From positions 1 through 50,934 of the IMG/VR virus record IMGVR_UViG_3300030382_002670: a DNA stretch of 50,934 bases; one strand, 5' to 3'. The position numbers were made by a program, and so were the translations under genes. The DNA comes from a virus. Its lineage: Duplodnaviria > Caudoviricetes. Shown piece after piece: positions 37,901-47,213 of this stretch (position 1 is its first letter; every line of letters starts with the position of its first letter). The notes under the pieces are model-generated. The model worked only from the letters and a program-made list of their open reading frames with translations, ran no database searches and was not told the DNA's origin.

Positions 37901-40900
37901 ACCTAAAGGATTTAAAGAGCCAAAGAATCCTAAGAACTCTCAAACTGCAGAATCTACTGATGGTGGTGTTATATTGAGAGATGATTATGTCGAAGCAATG
38001 AATAGCGATGGTGGTTATCCTACAGTAAAAGAAGCTGGACAACTTAAAGCATTCATAGTATCTCCAGATGCTACATTAGGTGCATTATTAACTAAAAAGA
38101 TGTATCATAGTGCTGGACCTGCTCAGAGTGAAGCAATGAAAAAGGCTGGAATTTCTCATATTATATATGGAAGTTCAGCTAAACAGCGTGGCTTTAGACC
38201 ACAGATTGACCATGATGTGGTTAATGGAGAGCTTGTATTTGACAAAAAAGGTATGATAGATATACCTCTTAAGGATATTAGATATACTTATTCTACTAGA
38301 CAAGGTCAAGATATGCTAGAGAATAGAATGATTGTTAAACAGGCTCTTATGCATATACATCCTAATGCTCAAACTCCAATTGACAATGACGTAATTGATG
38401 ACTTTTTTAAAGGAACTATTGGAGAACGATTCACTGGTACTCATAGGGGTAGTAGAATAATTAATGATTACCTTCAAGATTTTAGTGACAAGAAGATTGA
38501 TAAGATAATAGATAATTTTGATGAAATAGGTATCCCTGATATTATAAAAGCTTTAAAAACTAATGGTGCTGAGACATTAGCTGAACAAATATATGTAAAA
38601 ATGTTAAAAGTTAATAAAAAATCATTACAAGAGGCATTTGCTAGGGGAGAGTTGTCTAATGAAGATGTGAAGATATTAGATGCTGAGCTTGAAGATTCAT
38701 TTAGTGATGTAGATAGGATGATAACTCAGTCAAGAATATTCCAAATGCAAAATCCAGATGCAGCTTCTTTTTCTATATTTGACCATAAGTATGTAAGAGG
38801 TTGGAGAGAGCAATCTATGAGGAATGCTATTGTTCAGACAGCAACACAACCTATAATGTCAAATTCTTTATTGACTAGAATGAGACCTTATGACAAATGG
38901 GCTCAACAAGGATTAGATAATCCAGAGACTAAAAGATTAGAGAAAGAACAAGATATATTCTTCTTAGATAATGCATTTAAAAATAAAGAAATGAGAACTA
39001 TACTTAAAGGTTATGAAAGGACTACGTTAGAAAAACTTTGGAAATTCTATAATAAAAGCTCTACAAGTAAAAAAGACAAAGCATACTTAGAAGATGTGTT
39101 TAATGCAGTATCCTTAAGGGTACCTTTAGACTCTATCTCTGGCGCACAGGTTTTAAAGTTTGCTGGGTTTTCAGGACGACCAGGCCATGGAGTTATGCTT
39201 CATGGCAAGGTTATGAGAAGAGAAGGCGGTGCTGACCTTGATGGAGACGAATCTTTTATCTATTTTGGTGGAAAACTAGAAGATGGTACTGGATATGGCA
39301 TGAAAAATAGTTGGAAGAAAATGTACTCTTCAAATGCTAATGAATTTATGAATGAAAAAGGATATGAAACAGAAGCTAAGACTAAAGAAATGAGGGATTT
39401 GTTTACATTGGATGTTTCTGAATCAATGAAGGAACGTATGATGAGCCCTGAAATGACATATTCACCTAATCAAAGAATGTTCGTTGGGATGGAAGCAGCT
39501 AAGGGTAGAGATATGCTTAAAAACATCATATCTAATTCTCAAGTAATGAAATCTGCATGGAACTCTGTTATGGCAAAGCCAGGTAAAGAAGATATGTGGA
39601 CATTTACTAGGAGAGAGCAGAAAGGGAAGAAAGGTAAGTCTTATACAGTTACCTATAGAATAAAAGTTAAAGCTAATGATACTACTGAAGCAATGAAACT
39701 TCAAAGAGATATGACTAGAGCTCAAACTGCATTTGGAGCTGACCCTTTAGATGAGCTTGGCTTAAAGGAAGCGGATGTTTTTCATTCTACATTATGGAAT
39801 GCCTATTTCACTCCTGTTAAAATAGAAAAGATGGGATTTGCTGGTACTAGGTGGAAAAATGTCAAATTAGATAAATTTAAATTAAAGCGTTGGGAGATGA
39901 ATGGTGGTGCTATCAATACATTTAGAGACCTTAATAGCGCTCTTTATAGTAAGAATTATACTGCAAATAGAAAATGGTCTGCTCAAGAAATAGCTAATAA
40001 AGTATTAGCTGCAGGCGATATCTTGCCTGGTGAAAGCAATACAATGCTTCCAAAAATTGGTAAATTATTTTCTGGACTAGATTGGTCTGATAATATCTTT
40101 AATAGAATAAACAAGAAATTACTTGTAAAAGTATATGATAGTCACGACACATATGCACTTAAAAAAGACTACATGAAGGATATACTTGGCCGTAACACCT
40201 TAAGAGCTCCATTTAATAATTATGTTGAAAATGTCATGGGTGGTACTAAGGAGCTAAAGAATGGAGAGATTTTTGACTATGGATATAAAGATTTACAGGC
40301 TCCGGGTGTTATAGAAGCTGTAGCTAGGAGTAGAAGGTTATTCCAAAACGCATTGTCTGGATTAGATTATTATAAAACTGATAGACCTCGTATTAAAGAA
40401 GCTTTAAATAGTATCCCAAAAAGAGAAGCTATATTAAGGGAAATAGTTAGAGAAGGCAATAACATGATTTATGAGGACATGACTGATATGACGACTGTCC
40501 AACTAGCTGTGGAAATGATAGAGAAGACTAAAACATCAGGCAAGCTTGTTAAAAAGATGATGGATTTTGAAAACACTGTAAAAAGAAAAAGTTATATTCA
40601 AGCTAGGAAGAGGAAAGATAGGGGTACATATGAAGGTCCTGAGACGCAATCAGATGTAGAGAATGAACGTAAAATGAAGATAGCTGAAGACATACTTACT
40701 AAAGTATTTGGTACAAAAAAAGAAGCTCGAGAAAAACTAGGTATTGGAGAGCAAAGAACTGCAGAGCTAGACCAAGCTGAAATAGACCAGCTAATTAAAG
40801 ACTTTAGGAAAGATAATAAGCTAAATAAAGGACAAAATCTATTGTTGGATTATTTCTTATTAGGTAGCTTAAGAAGAGGTGATGTCCAAAAGCTTAATGA

Positions 40901-43900
40901 TATTATATCAAAGATACCTCCTAAGGAATGGAACTCAGCTTTATATGATGTTGTTAGATATTATCAAAAACAAGCTTCTGATACTGGTATGTCTAAGTTA
41001 GCATTTAATTCCTCAGAGGTTTCTAATCTTGCTATACAGAATTTTTTAGGTAAAATGAATGGCTTATTTTCAAAATCTTTTCAAGGGGATAAGGTTGATG
41101 TTGAAGCTGAGATAGCAGAGCATGACAAAGAACGTGTTATAGAAACTGCTGATGGTAAAAAAATGAAAGAATCATTAGTTGAAAGAACTGTAGATGACCT
41201 TTTAGAAGAAGAATTTGCTCCTGATGGGACTGGATATACTGGTCTTAAGAAAGTTAAAATAAGTAAAGAAAGAAGACAAGTAGTACAAGAGTTAGCCGAT
41301 AATCTAAAGGCTTTAAATCCTAATGTCGCTAAGCATTTAAATGAAATTGTTAGAGGGACAATGGAGAAGGATTTGAATGCTATGACAAAAGAAGATTTTG
41401 AGGTTATGAATAATATCTTTAAAGAATTTAGAAGAGGTACCTTTTGGCAGCGTGTAGAAAGCTGGGTAACAGGTGATGTCTCTGGGAAAACAGACCCTTT
41501 GCAAAGAGTTCAAAAAAGAAGCTGGTGGGAAATGCCTTTAACTGTCAATAGAGAACTTATGCAAAAACATATAATGTTCATGAAGCAGAAGGGTATTTTC
41601 TTTGATAAAGATGGAGAGGTTAGAAGTGGATGGATTAGAAAACCTACTCAAGCTATTGGCGTTCTAAATGAGTATATCAATAATGCTTTAGGTAAAGCTG
41701 TTGGAGTATCTGATGATTTAATTAGACAGTTTAGAGAAGAAACTTTATTTTTAAAAGATATTAAAGAAGGTGATGAATTATGGGAAATAGCTGTAAGAAA
41801 GCGTGAATTAGGAATAATGAATGAAATTTGGTCTGATGCATCAACTCCTGAAATTGTAAGAGCATATTGGGCTAGTAGGTACAAAAATGCTTATAATGAT
41901 GCTCTTAAAAAACATAATTGGGATAGGCTTAAAACAAGAGAATATGTTATAGAAGAGAATGGTGAGAAGGTAAAGAGAAGCTCGGAAGAGATAGTAGAAA
42001 GAATTAATTCTCAACTTACTGAAAGATTTGCCAAGATGCATGATTTTATAAAGGGAGATAAAGATGCTTTAGAGCCATTTAGAGAAGGATGGTATGACCC
42101 TAAAGGCGAGACTCAACCTATCATTAATACAGAAAAGTTTTTAAAGTATGCCGCTAACAAGTTTGCTAAAGGAGAAGATATCTCTTCAAAGTTTGGCATA
42201 GATGGATTAAGGCATATAGCACGCTCTATGATGATTGAGTTAGCTCCTAATGCTAAGGAAAAGAAAAGATTATTAGAATTTATCATAGAAGATACTGGAA
42301 AGCTTGATTATCAGCACTATTTTCCTCATATGCACTTTAGTAGAACAGAGGCAAATAACTCTTTAAAAGAGGCTATTAGAGCTATTAGAGAAACTCCTGA
42401 TTCTATTATGGATGCTGAAACCAAAGATTCAGAAGTAGATAAAATCACCTTAAGACACAAATCATTAACTGGTGATTGGGACTTTTATGATATAAAAGAT
42501 TGGGATAAGCATGATGCTGCTGTTATGAAAGCAAGCCTTGAAAGAATTGGTTCTAAAAGAGCTGAAAAAGGTGACCAACTTAAGTGGTATAATGCGAATC
42601 AGCGTTCTGGTAGTATGATGTCAAGGAACTCTCACGTTCCTGGATGGGCTGTAGGTCAAGAAGTGGTTGAATCCTACATGAGGAATTTGTCAAATACGTA
42701 TTATAGGCAGTTATCACAAATAATGTCAAGACATGTTATAGAACAGTTTAAAGACCAAGGTAAAAAGCTTGGATGGGATAAGGTACATTATGGTAAATCC
42801 TCTGAGTTTTATCCAAAAGGTCGCTCCCTAATGGATAGATGGGTAGATTGGCTAAAGCTTTATGTGCAAGATTCTATAGGAAATCCATCTGTAATACCTG
42901 AAGAAATGTATAAAGACCCTGGAATGAAACTAAAGGGCAATGTATATGGCTGGTTTGCAGATAATCATGTTAGAGATGTGATAAACAAGGTGGGTGAGAA
43001 CCTAATGCCAGCAGGTAAGAATTGGTCTAAAGATTTACCTCCAGAAATGAGAGGAATTGATTTGGCTACTATAAGAGATTGGTCTAATCTCGAAGCTAAA
43101 TATCAGCTTATGACTTTATTGGCGCATCCTAAGTCTACTATTACAAATGTTTTTGGTGGCGCAATGCATACTATAGAGTCTGTAGGTGTTGGAACATTTA
43201 GAAAAGCTAGGGATTTAGAGTATTTAAGACAAATTAATCCTGAGTGGGACTCTATGGACAAGGTGAAAGATTTTGTTGTAAAACATGGAGTATTGCCTGA
43301 GTTTATCTTAAATGAAGCTGGATTAGATAGGTCCTTCAAGTCTGCTAATGCTAAAGCTTTCATAAAGGACGTTGTAGACAAGTATACCAATGAGAAATAC
43401 TCTTTTGAGACTCTTCGTGGTTTAGCTAAAAAGCATGGTGTAAGTAATGCTATAATGAATAAAGCAGGTGCTTTTATGTCTAAGCCAGAACTTATGCTTA
43501 GAAGGGATGCTTTTATGGCTCATTATATTAGAGCTTATGAAAGTTTTGGTGGTGCTATTAAAGATATAAATCATCCCTTTTTAATACAAAAAGCTAAAGA
43601 AGGTGTAAAGGCAACTCAGTTTTTATACAACGCTCCTAATCGTCCTGCTTTTGCAAGGACTGCTCTCGGTAAAGTAATGACAAGATTCCAGCTATGGGCT
43701 TGGAACTCTGTTCGTTTCAGAAATGATGTATTGAGACAAGCTAAGATATACGGCTATAAAGAAGGTACTGAAGCTATGAAGAAGTTTGAACGTACTGCTC
43801 AAATAGATATGTTTGTCATAGCTTTGGCTAATGCTTATCAATTTTCTATATTTGAATTTGCCTTACCTGCTCCTTATAATTGGTTACAGGACACAGCTGA

Positions 43901-44312
43901 TTGGGTGTTTGGCGACGAAAAGGAAAGAGACCGTGCATTTTATGGTGCATGGCCATCTACGGTAGCTCCGCTTCAGATAGTTACTCCGCCAATCGCTAGA
44001 GTTCCTTTAGGTTATTACAAGGGGTGGGTATCAGGTGATTATAGTCATATGACAGACTATATTCTACCTGTATCTTTTCCTTTTGGAAGAATGGCAAGAG
44101 ATATTTATAATCCATGGAAACCAGAGGATGGTTTACTTATGAATCCTTTGAAAGCTGTAGATAAAATTACTGGATTTCCATTGCAATCTATCTCTTGGGA
44201 TGTTTCTGATTATAAACGTAGACATGGTATAGGTAGAAAACCTAAGAAAGAGAAAGTTAAAGAGAAGAAAGGTACTGCTCTAGGGAGATATTATGAAAAG
44301 AAAAACAAATGA
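34965..44312 (+). CDS. giant virion protein containing a two-barrel (DPBB) RNA polymerase; putative virion RNA polymerase
   Basis: GGADLDGD at 39225-39248, preceded by SLRVPLDSISG (RxP motif); upstream ESTDGG motif; SLOG-like domain at about 35960-36560; last large gene of the virion block. Confidence 0.82.
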   Translation: MLDAIKQAGGGFLSGFTASISSELGLDVKDAPDNEYEAIARKMGELAGFAPGILSAPLKTIGLKGLAAKSAALNKKSLPMAGADLAQKQVKKIIKPILEKSLQNSHGASKTAMDFITSGPGMHMAEGAFHLGVASSISNWRGIVDGGMEEFVNTFKHGAEAGAVFRGLGNLIPGDKAADLWLRRVSGSLYMGIPSTERGDSTPEQVYEYLLGAYFGGAERPWYVAKAGKFNKRMYEQSENDPELRRTQDPTLVKGWQSLDPIVQKEVVRMTNKRLGGSTADERRGDAYELMREFGIIDKLEKAEDINTKGFKLLNQVIDGEVQPDKNAPPSEKLHHMLSLGNRGVKGTNRNSADEVFADKSVEYGNPIYHYTFGTVKGKPGHSKTIKAKGGKRELSQTELNEATEFVDKANLSLGKIIGRLNTYKRNLIRRAHAATKHASSIYAIDNLRPDMKGVQSKSAEWTVQMAIDKKRPVYVYDQQARAWYKYNYNKNIQRFQAIEGTPKLKKFALGTGTNDINKYGKAAIKDLFKVTYGEMEGAAETESVPRGKEETWMTIQSEIERLQKEDVDDPQIKKLMKKQADILGIKSKEYLDAATGEVKEDVEVDIDIGQMIDAGIGKRSKRWIDAWYDDMFPKGRKGTQVKKGVDKLFISSRIEKLLREHLPAGEEASTLIARDFKKLFKKNIPDAALGEIRQWVTAATQGKPVRFLKSDGGKVYLTRRDKPFTMGGKNKLVMAPPSALEEAFLEATNTKLKEFDKKNPAGVEIILDEVTVRDRNGFQVDIPLSRYESHLVQHGKKGKKEAAQIVNNFIGRTIKFMYDKHGMVPHAGVGDKDRIIFAKNMYDFADKMPKASRKLVFDVLKQKNVKTDKLLFRVKFGLDKKFADKIYKETFISNLTYDALMNFGNKVKTPVLKKWINSKFGKGRGDFINNAVALNKRNQIWFTNSFRASDKHIENYLEDLGTNDIVDGKTKGIIVNELPKGFKEPKNPKNSQTAESTDGGVILRDDYVEAMNSDGGYPTVKEAGQLKAFIVSPDATLGALLTKKMYHSAGPAQSEAMKKAGISHIIYGSSAKQRGFRPQIDHDVVNGELVFDKKGMIDIPLKDIRYTYSTRQGQDMLENRMIVKQALMHIHPNAQTPIDNDVIDDFFKGTIGERFTGTHRGSRIINDYLQDFSDKKIDKIIDNFDEIGIPDIIKALKTNGAETLAEQIYVKMLKVNKKSLQEAFARGELSNEDVKILDAELEDSFSDVDRMITQSRIFQMQNPDAASFSIFDHKYVRGWREQSMRNAIVQTATQPIMSNSLLTRMRPYDKWAQQGLDNPETKRLEKEQDIFFLDNAFKNKEMRTILKGYERTTLEKLWKFYNKSSTSKKDKAYLEDVFNAVSLRVPLDSISGAQVLKFAGFSGRPGHGVMLHGKVMRREGGADLDGDESFIYFGGKLEDGTGYGMKNSWKKMYSSNANEFMNEKGYETEAKTKEMRDLFTLDVSESMKERMMSPEMTYSPNQRMFVGMEAAKGRDMLKNIISNSQVMKSAWNSVMAKPGKEDMWTFTRREQKGKKGKSYTVTYRIKVKANDTTEAMKLQRDMTRAQTAFGADPLDELGLKEADVFHSTLWNAYFTPVKIEKMGFAGTRWKNVKLDKFKLKRWEMNGGAINTFRDLNSALYSKNYTANRKWSAQEIANKVLAAGDILPGESNTMLPKIGKLFSGLDWSDNIFNRINKKLLVKVYDSHDTYALKKDYMKDILGRNTLRAPFNNYVENVMGGTKELKNGEIFDYGYKDLQAPGVIEAVARSRRLFQNALSGLDYYKTDRPRIKEALNSIPKREAILREIVREGNNMIYEDMTDMTTVQLAVEMIEKTKTSGKLVKKMMDFENTVKRKSYIQARKRKDRGTYEGPETQSDVENERKMKIAEDILTKVFGTKKEAREKLGIGEQRTAELDQAEIDQLIKDFRKDNKLNKGQNLLLDYFLLGSLRRGDVQKLNDIISKIPPKEWNSALYDVVRYYQKQASDTGMSKLAFNSSEVSNLAIQNFLGKMNGLFSKSFQGDKVDVEAEIAEHDKERVIETADGKKMKESLVERTVDDLLEEEFAPDGTGYTGLKKVKISKERRQVVQELADNLKALNPNVAKHLNEIVRGTMEKDLNAMTKEDFEVMNNIFKEFRRGTFWQRVESWVTGDVSGKTDPLQRVQKRSWWEMPLTVNRELMQKHIMFMKQKGIFFDKDGEVRSGWIRKPTQAIGVLNEYINNALGKAVGVSDDLIRQFREETLFLKDIKEGDELWEIAVRKRELGIMNEIWSDASTPEIVRAYWASRYKNAYNDALKKHNWDRLKTREYVIEENGEKVKRSSEEIVERINSQLTERFAKMHDFIKGDKDALEPFREGWYDPKGETQPIINTEKFLKYAANKFAKGEDISSKFGIDGLRHIARSMMIELAPNAKEKKRLLEFIIEDTGKLDYQHYFPHMHFSRTEANNSLKEAIRAIRETPDSIMDAETKDSEVDKITLRHKSLTGDWDFYDIKDWDKHDAAVMKASLERIGSKRAEKGDQLKWYNANQRSGSMMSRNSHVPGWAVGQEVVESYMRNLSNTYYRQLSQIMSRHVIEQFKDQGKKLGWDKVHYGKSSEFYPKGRSLMDRWVDWLKLYVQDSIGNPSVIPEEMYKDPGMKLKGNVYGWFADNHVRDVINKVGENLMPAGKNWSKDLPPEMRGIDLATIRDWSNLEAKYQLMTLLAHPKSTITNVFGGAMHTIESVGVGTFRKARDLEYLRQINPEWDSMDKVKDFVVKHGVLPEFILNEAGLDRSFKSANAKAFIKDVVDKYTNEKYSFETLRGLAKKHGVSNAIMNKAGAFMSKPELMLRRDAFMAHYIRAYESFGGAIKDINHPFLIQKAKEGVKATQFLYNAPNRPAFARTALGKVMTRFQLWAWNSVRFRNDVLRQAKIYGYKEGTEAMKKFERTAQIDMFVIALANAYQFSIFEFALPAPYNWLQDTADWVFGDEKERDRAFYGAWPSTVAPLQIVTPPIARVPLGYYKGWVSGDYSHMTDYILPVSFPFGRMARDIYNPWKPEDGLLMNPLKAVDKITGFPLQSISWDVSDYKRRHGIGRKPKKEKVKEKKGTALGRYYEKKNK

Positions 44313-44526
44313 TATATTAAAGGCAGCTATAGAAAAGTTTAATCAGCCTAAGGAAAGGCCAATTCACTCTATACAGGATATTGTATCTGCTAATCAAATG
44401 CAGTATGCTAAGGAAGGAAGACAGATTGGTGGACCTTGGGATGTTCGTAAGTTTATTACGCCTAGAATTAAGGACAATGAAGGTGATTTAGGGTTTAAAG
44501 ACTTAGCGTCTCAATTACTATCTTAA
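44293..44526 (+). CDS. hypothetical protein, last plus-strand gene
   Basis: 77 aa with GGGAGA Shine-Dalgarno; stop overlaps the convergent minus-strand gene. Confidence 0.6.
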   Translation: MKRKTNDILKAAIEKFNQPKERPIHSIQDIVSANQMQYAKEGRQIGGPWDVRKFITPRIKDNEGDLGFKDLASQLLS

Positions 44527-44717
44527 ATTTCTCCAATTCCCTTCCTGTCGTGCTTTTCTAGACACATAGAGACAAGTGCTGTACTAGAGCATTCTTTTAA
44601 TGCTACTACACACTCATCCTCAAAGAAATTCCCATCTGCGTCTAAGAATCCTACTGATACTTTTATTAATGGCTTAGAAGAAGTCAATATTTCTCCTGTT
44701 AGCTCGCATAACTTCAT
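44523..44717 (-). CDS. hypothetical protein
   Basis: 64-aa ORF ending the minus-strand block. Confidence 0.6.
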   Translation of the reverse strand: MKLCELTGEILTSSKPLIKVSVGFLDADGNFFEDECVVALKECSSTALVSMCLEKHDRKGIGEI

Positions 44718-44744
44718 GTTTCGTCTCGCTTTTAATTAACTAAT

Positions 44745-45161
44745 TTAATCATTATCCTCCTCAAATCCTACTAATTTTGTGGCATTGCTCACAAAAGTGG
44801 TACCTATAACAGCTCTACAGGAACACCCTTGTCTATGCATAGTGCATTGAGAACACATTCCAGTATCAGTCATAGCCCAAAGTAGCATTAGATATACCAT
44901 AGCATCTGTTATTCTCCCTGTGACATCTTCTCTTTGAGATTTATGTCCCTTTACATATGCTACAATTCCATCTATATGCTTTAATAAGTAGGTCATTAAG
45001 ACTTCTTCTCTTGACTGGTCTAAAGCATCTGCTATTCTTTCAAAGTTGGCAAATACATTATCCTTGTCTTGTGCGTATTCTTTTTGTCCAGCGTCTCTAT
45101 TCTTCGCTATCGCTGGTAGAATCACTTCCTTTATTAACTTCTTCATTGTTGAGTGCTTCAT
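44745..45161 (-). CDS. Nmad1/DUF1599-like all-alpha nucleotide-modification-associated protein
   Basis: KEYA...NVFANFE...KH.D.I...GRITDAMVYL pattern of the MazG-like alpha-helical superfamily; AAGGAG Shine-Dalgarno. Confidence 0.6.
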   Translation of the reverse strand: MKHSTMKKLIKEVILPAIAKNRDAGQKEYAQDKDNVFANFERIADALDQSREEVLMTYLLKHIDGIVAYVKGHKSQREDVTGRITDAMVYLMLLWAMTDTGMCSQCTMHRQGCSCRAVIGTTFVSNATKLVGFEEDND

Positions 45162-45405
45162 TTTCTAACTCCTTTATTCTTATATCCATATATTTATTAA
45201 ACTCTTCTTCCTTCCCTAGGAATTTAATGAGCTCCATTACTACTCCCTCTGTGGATTTTAATTGATTTTCCAAGAACTGTATATGCATCTGTAATCCACC
45301 TATCATTTGCATTTGTTCTGCCTTAGTTGGTGCTTTCTTTTTCAAGTGCTTTCTCCTTTTTCTTTTTTCTCCAGAATTTATTACCAAATTCTTCTTTATA
45401 GGCAC
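45097..45405 (-). CDS. hypothetical coiled-coil protein
   Basis: 102 aa, basic N-terminus, overlaps neighbours. Confidence 0.6.
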   Translation of the reverse strand: MPIKKNLVINSGEKRKRRKHLKKKAPTKAEQMQMIGGLQMHIQFLENQLKSTEGVVMELIKFLGKEEEFNKYMDIRIKELENEALNNEEVNKGSDSTSDSEE

Positions 45406-45535
45406 ATTCTACACATACTTCTAGTTCATGGCCTGTTATCATACCTATCCATAAAAATCTCTCAGAAAGCGCCATTTTCTTACACATAGGGCAAGTATCG
45501 TGACGCTTTCCAAGATGTTTGTGAATGTGAGACAC
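45323..45535 (-). CDS. small Zn-finger protein
   Basis: CPMC and CVEC pairs; GTG start. Confidence 0.6.
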   Translation of the reverse strand: MSHIHKHLGKRHDTCPMCKKMALSERFLWIGMITGHELEVCVECAYKEEFGNKFWRKKKKEKALEKESTN

Positions 45536-45859
45536 CTATTGAGATTTTCCTCGGTCTTCTGGCTCTGACCATTTACTCATAGCTTTGTCGGCTTCTTGTA
45601 TATGGCGGCTAACAGACACTGTGGGACCACTCTTTTGTGTTGCATTCACTTTGCTTTCAACAGGAACTGATGTCTGGGATGGCTCTTCATCAAACAAGTC
45701 ACCATTAAGACAAGTTCCTCTAAACTTAGACATATCTAAGTCATACTCTCCTGCAAAATATTCTGCAAGAGAGTTGGTTATAGGGCCAATCCATCTTGTA
45801 TTAGATAGGATTCCCTTTATTATCTGTGCTATCGCGTTTAAATCCTTGTCGCTTATCAT
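45536..45859 (-). CDS. hypothetical protein
   Basis: 107 aa with GGAGA Shine-Dalgarno. Confidence 0.7.
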   Translation of the reverse strand: MISDKDLNAIAQIIKGILSNTRWIGPITNSLAEYFAGEYDLDMSKFRGTCLNGDLFDEEPSQTSVPVESKVNATQKSGPTVSVSRHIQEADKAMSKWSEPEDRGKSQ

Positions 45860-45904
45860 AGATTCTCCATTAGTTGTTTATTTGTCTTTTCATTCATTTC
45901 AAAT

Positions 45905-46636
45905 CTATACTTGCACTCTTTCTTTGGGCCATGGTTTAGACCTAGTTGTATTAAGCCAAGTCCATGTATCATACACTGAGTGCATAATATCGCTTGGTTT
46001 GGCTTTCTTCATCTTATAATTAGGCTCTCTAATCCATTTACCCTTAGTGTATAAAGCATACATTTCTATCTCTTCTATATCAAATGTTTTTCTTATTAGT
46101 TCTGCGTACATGTTTAGCTGTATTTCATGAGTTTTATGTTCTTTGCCTGTTTTTAAGTCGATTACTGCTAGCTTTCCATTGATTTCACATATAATATCAG
46201 GCGTTCCTGCCCAATTTACATCTTCGTGCCATAGGAAGAGCTCTGTTTTTAATACTGTAAGATTGTTTTCTTTCCAGAATCGTTCAAAACTCATCATATG
46301 TTTAGCTAACTCATCATCTACTTCCTCTGTCTCATCGTCATAATTTGATACAACAACTTCTCCATTGAGAAATTTCTCTACCATGTTATGAACTTGTGTA
46401 CCTCTCCAGGCAGCCTTATCTCTTTCTTGGCAGGCTATATTATAGCTAGGATGATTACCTAGCCATTTCTCAAAACCTATACCCTTAGTTATGGTTCCAC
46501 CTATAATCGTAGTTACAGAAGGTTTCCATTGGTTACTCTTTTCAGGAGCATACCATCGAACTCCAGAGGTATGCCTTTTAATAGGTCTACCTTTGTATTC
46601 TTTTATGTGGTTATATAAGCCATTCTCCATCATCAT
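45905..46636 (-). CDS. PD-(D/E)XK exonuclease (Cas4/RecB-like phage family)
   Basis: PSVTTI, RGTQVH, E...AGTPD...IDLKT and QLNMY motifs. Confidence 0.9.
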   Translation of the reverse strand: MMMENGLYNHIKEYKGRPIKRHTSGVRWYAPEKSNQWKPSVTTIIGGTITKGIGFEKWLGNHPSYNIACQERDKAAWRGTQVHNMVEKFLNGEVVVSNYDDETEEVDDELAKHMMSFERFWKENNLTVLKTELFLWHEDVNWAGTPDIICEINGKLAVIDLKTGKEHKTHEIQLNMYAELIRKTFDIEEIEMYALYTKGKWIREPNYKMKKAKPSDIMHSVYDTWTWLNTTRSKPWPKERVQV

Positions 46637-46881
46637 TCTCCCGTTCTTGCCGCAGAAGTTTGTATATTCTCTGGTTTATATTCTTCATTTCCTTCAGTAT
46701 CTCCTTCAGGACTTTCTGGGTTGTTGGTTTCCTCTTTGGTGGCATCTACATCCTCCTTAGTTTGAAAGGTTAATTTCCGCCAACGCTCAAGAGTATTAAC
46801 ATAGGCGACAACATCATTTACTATTCTAGTTACTTCTTTTATCTTCTCGTCTAAGTTATCTATCCTTTCTTCGGTTTTCAT
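46633..46881 (-). CDS. hypothetical protein
   Basis: 82 aa; AAGGAGG Shine-Dalgarno upstream. Confidence 0.65.
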   Translation of the reverse strand: MKTEERIDNLDEKIKEVTRIVNDVVAYVNTLERWRKLTFQTKEDVDATKEETNNPESPEGDTEGNEEYKPENIQTSAARTGE

Positions 46882-46996
46882 TACTCATACCTCCTTTTCT
46901 TCGTGCGTTCATATATTCTTCGCCTACAATAACATTCATAGGCCAAGTATACATATTTCTATACTTCTTAATTAAACTCCAAGTTATATTGCTCAT
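46856..46996 (-). CDS. hypothetical small protein (46 aa, MSNITWSLIKKY...)
   Basis: Translated by hand; fills the gap between neighbours. Confidence 0.45.
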   Translation of the reverse strand: MSNITWSLIKKYRNMYTWPMNVIVGEEYMNARRKGGMSNENRRKDR

Positions 46997-46998
46997 TT

Positions 46999-47130
46999 TT
47001 ATTTTACATGTCTATAGATAGTCCTTGTAGTTACATTATAATCTTTAGCAAGATTCTTTACTGATGCTCCGAATGTATACCTTATATTAATCATAACTTT
47101 ATTCATTAAACTTAATTTTCTATTAGCCAT
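46999..47130 (-). CDS. stand-alone helix-turn-helix protein (43 aa, Hin/resolvase-type HTH)
   Basis: Translated by hand: ...GASVKNLAKDYNVTTRTIYRHVK; GGAGA Shine-Dalgarno. Confidence 0.8.
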   Translation of the reverse strand: MANRKLSLMNKVMINIRYTFGASVKNLAKDYNVTTRTIYRHVK

Positions 47131-47146
47131 GTATTCTCCATTTTAT

Positions 47147-47213
47147 GACTATGGGACACGTAAGTGCGGATGTGACGATTGTCACGTGGATGGTTTGTAG
47201 GTGTCCCATAATC
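47147..47213 (-). promoter_or_regulatory. structured intergenic element (long outer stem plus inner hairpin)
   Basis: TATGGGACAC (47150-47159)/GTGTCCCATA (47201-47210) perfect inverted repeat enclosing GTGAC-GATT-GTCAC (47172-47185). Confidence 0.6.

Noticed and set aside
2807-43390. Many 60-120 aa ORFs antisense to or nested in long plus-strand genes (e.g. 3636..3989, 8001..8321, 20415..20783, 33079..33399, 43103..43390)
   Set aside because: Fully overlap well-supported genes, with no motifs; expected shadow ORFs.
45905-46636. Cas4 as part of a CRISPR-Cas system
   Set aside because: No Fe-S cysteine set and no other cas genes or array; it is an ordinary phage PD-(D/E)XK exonuclease in a replication module.
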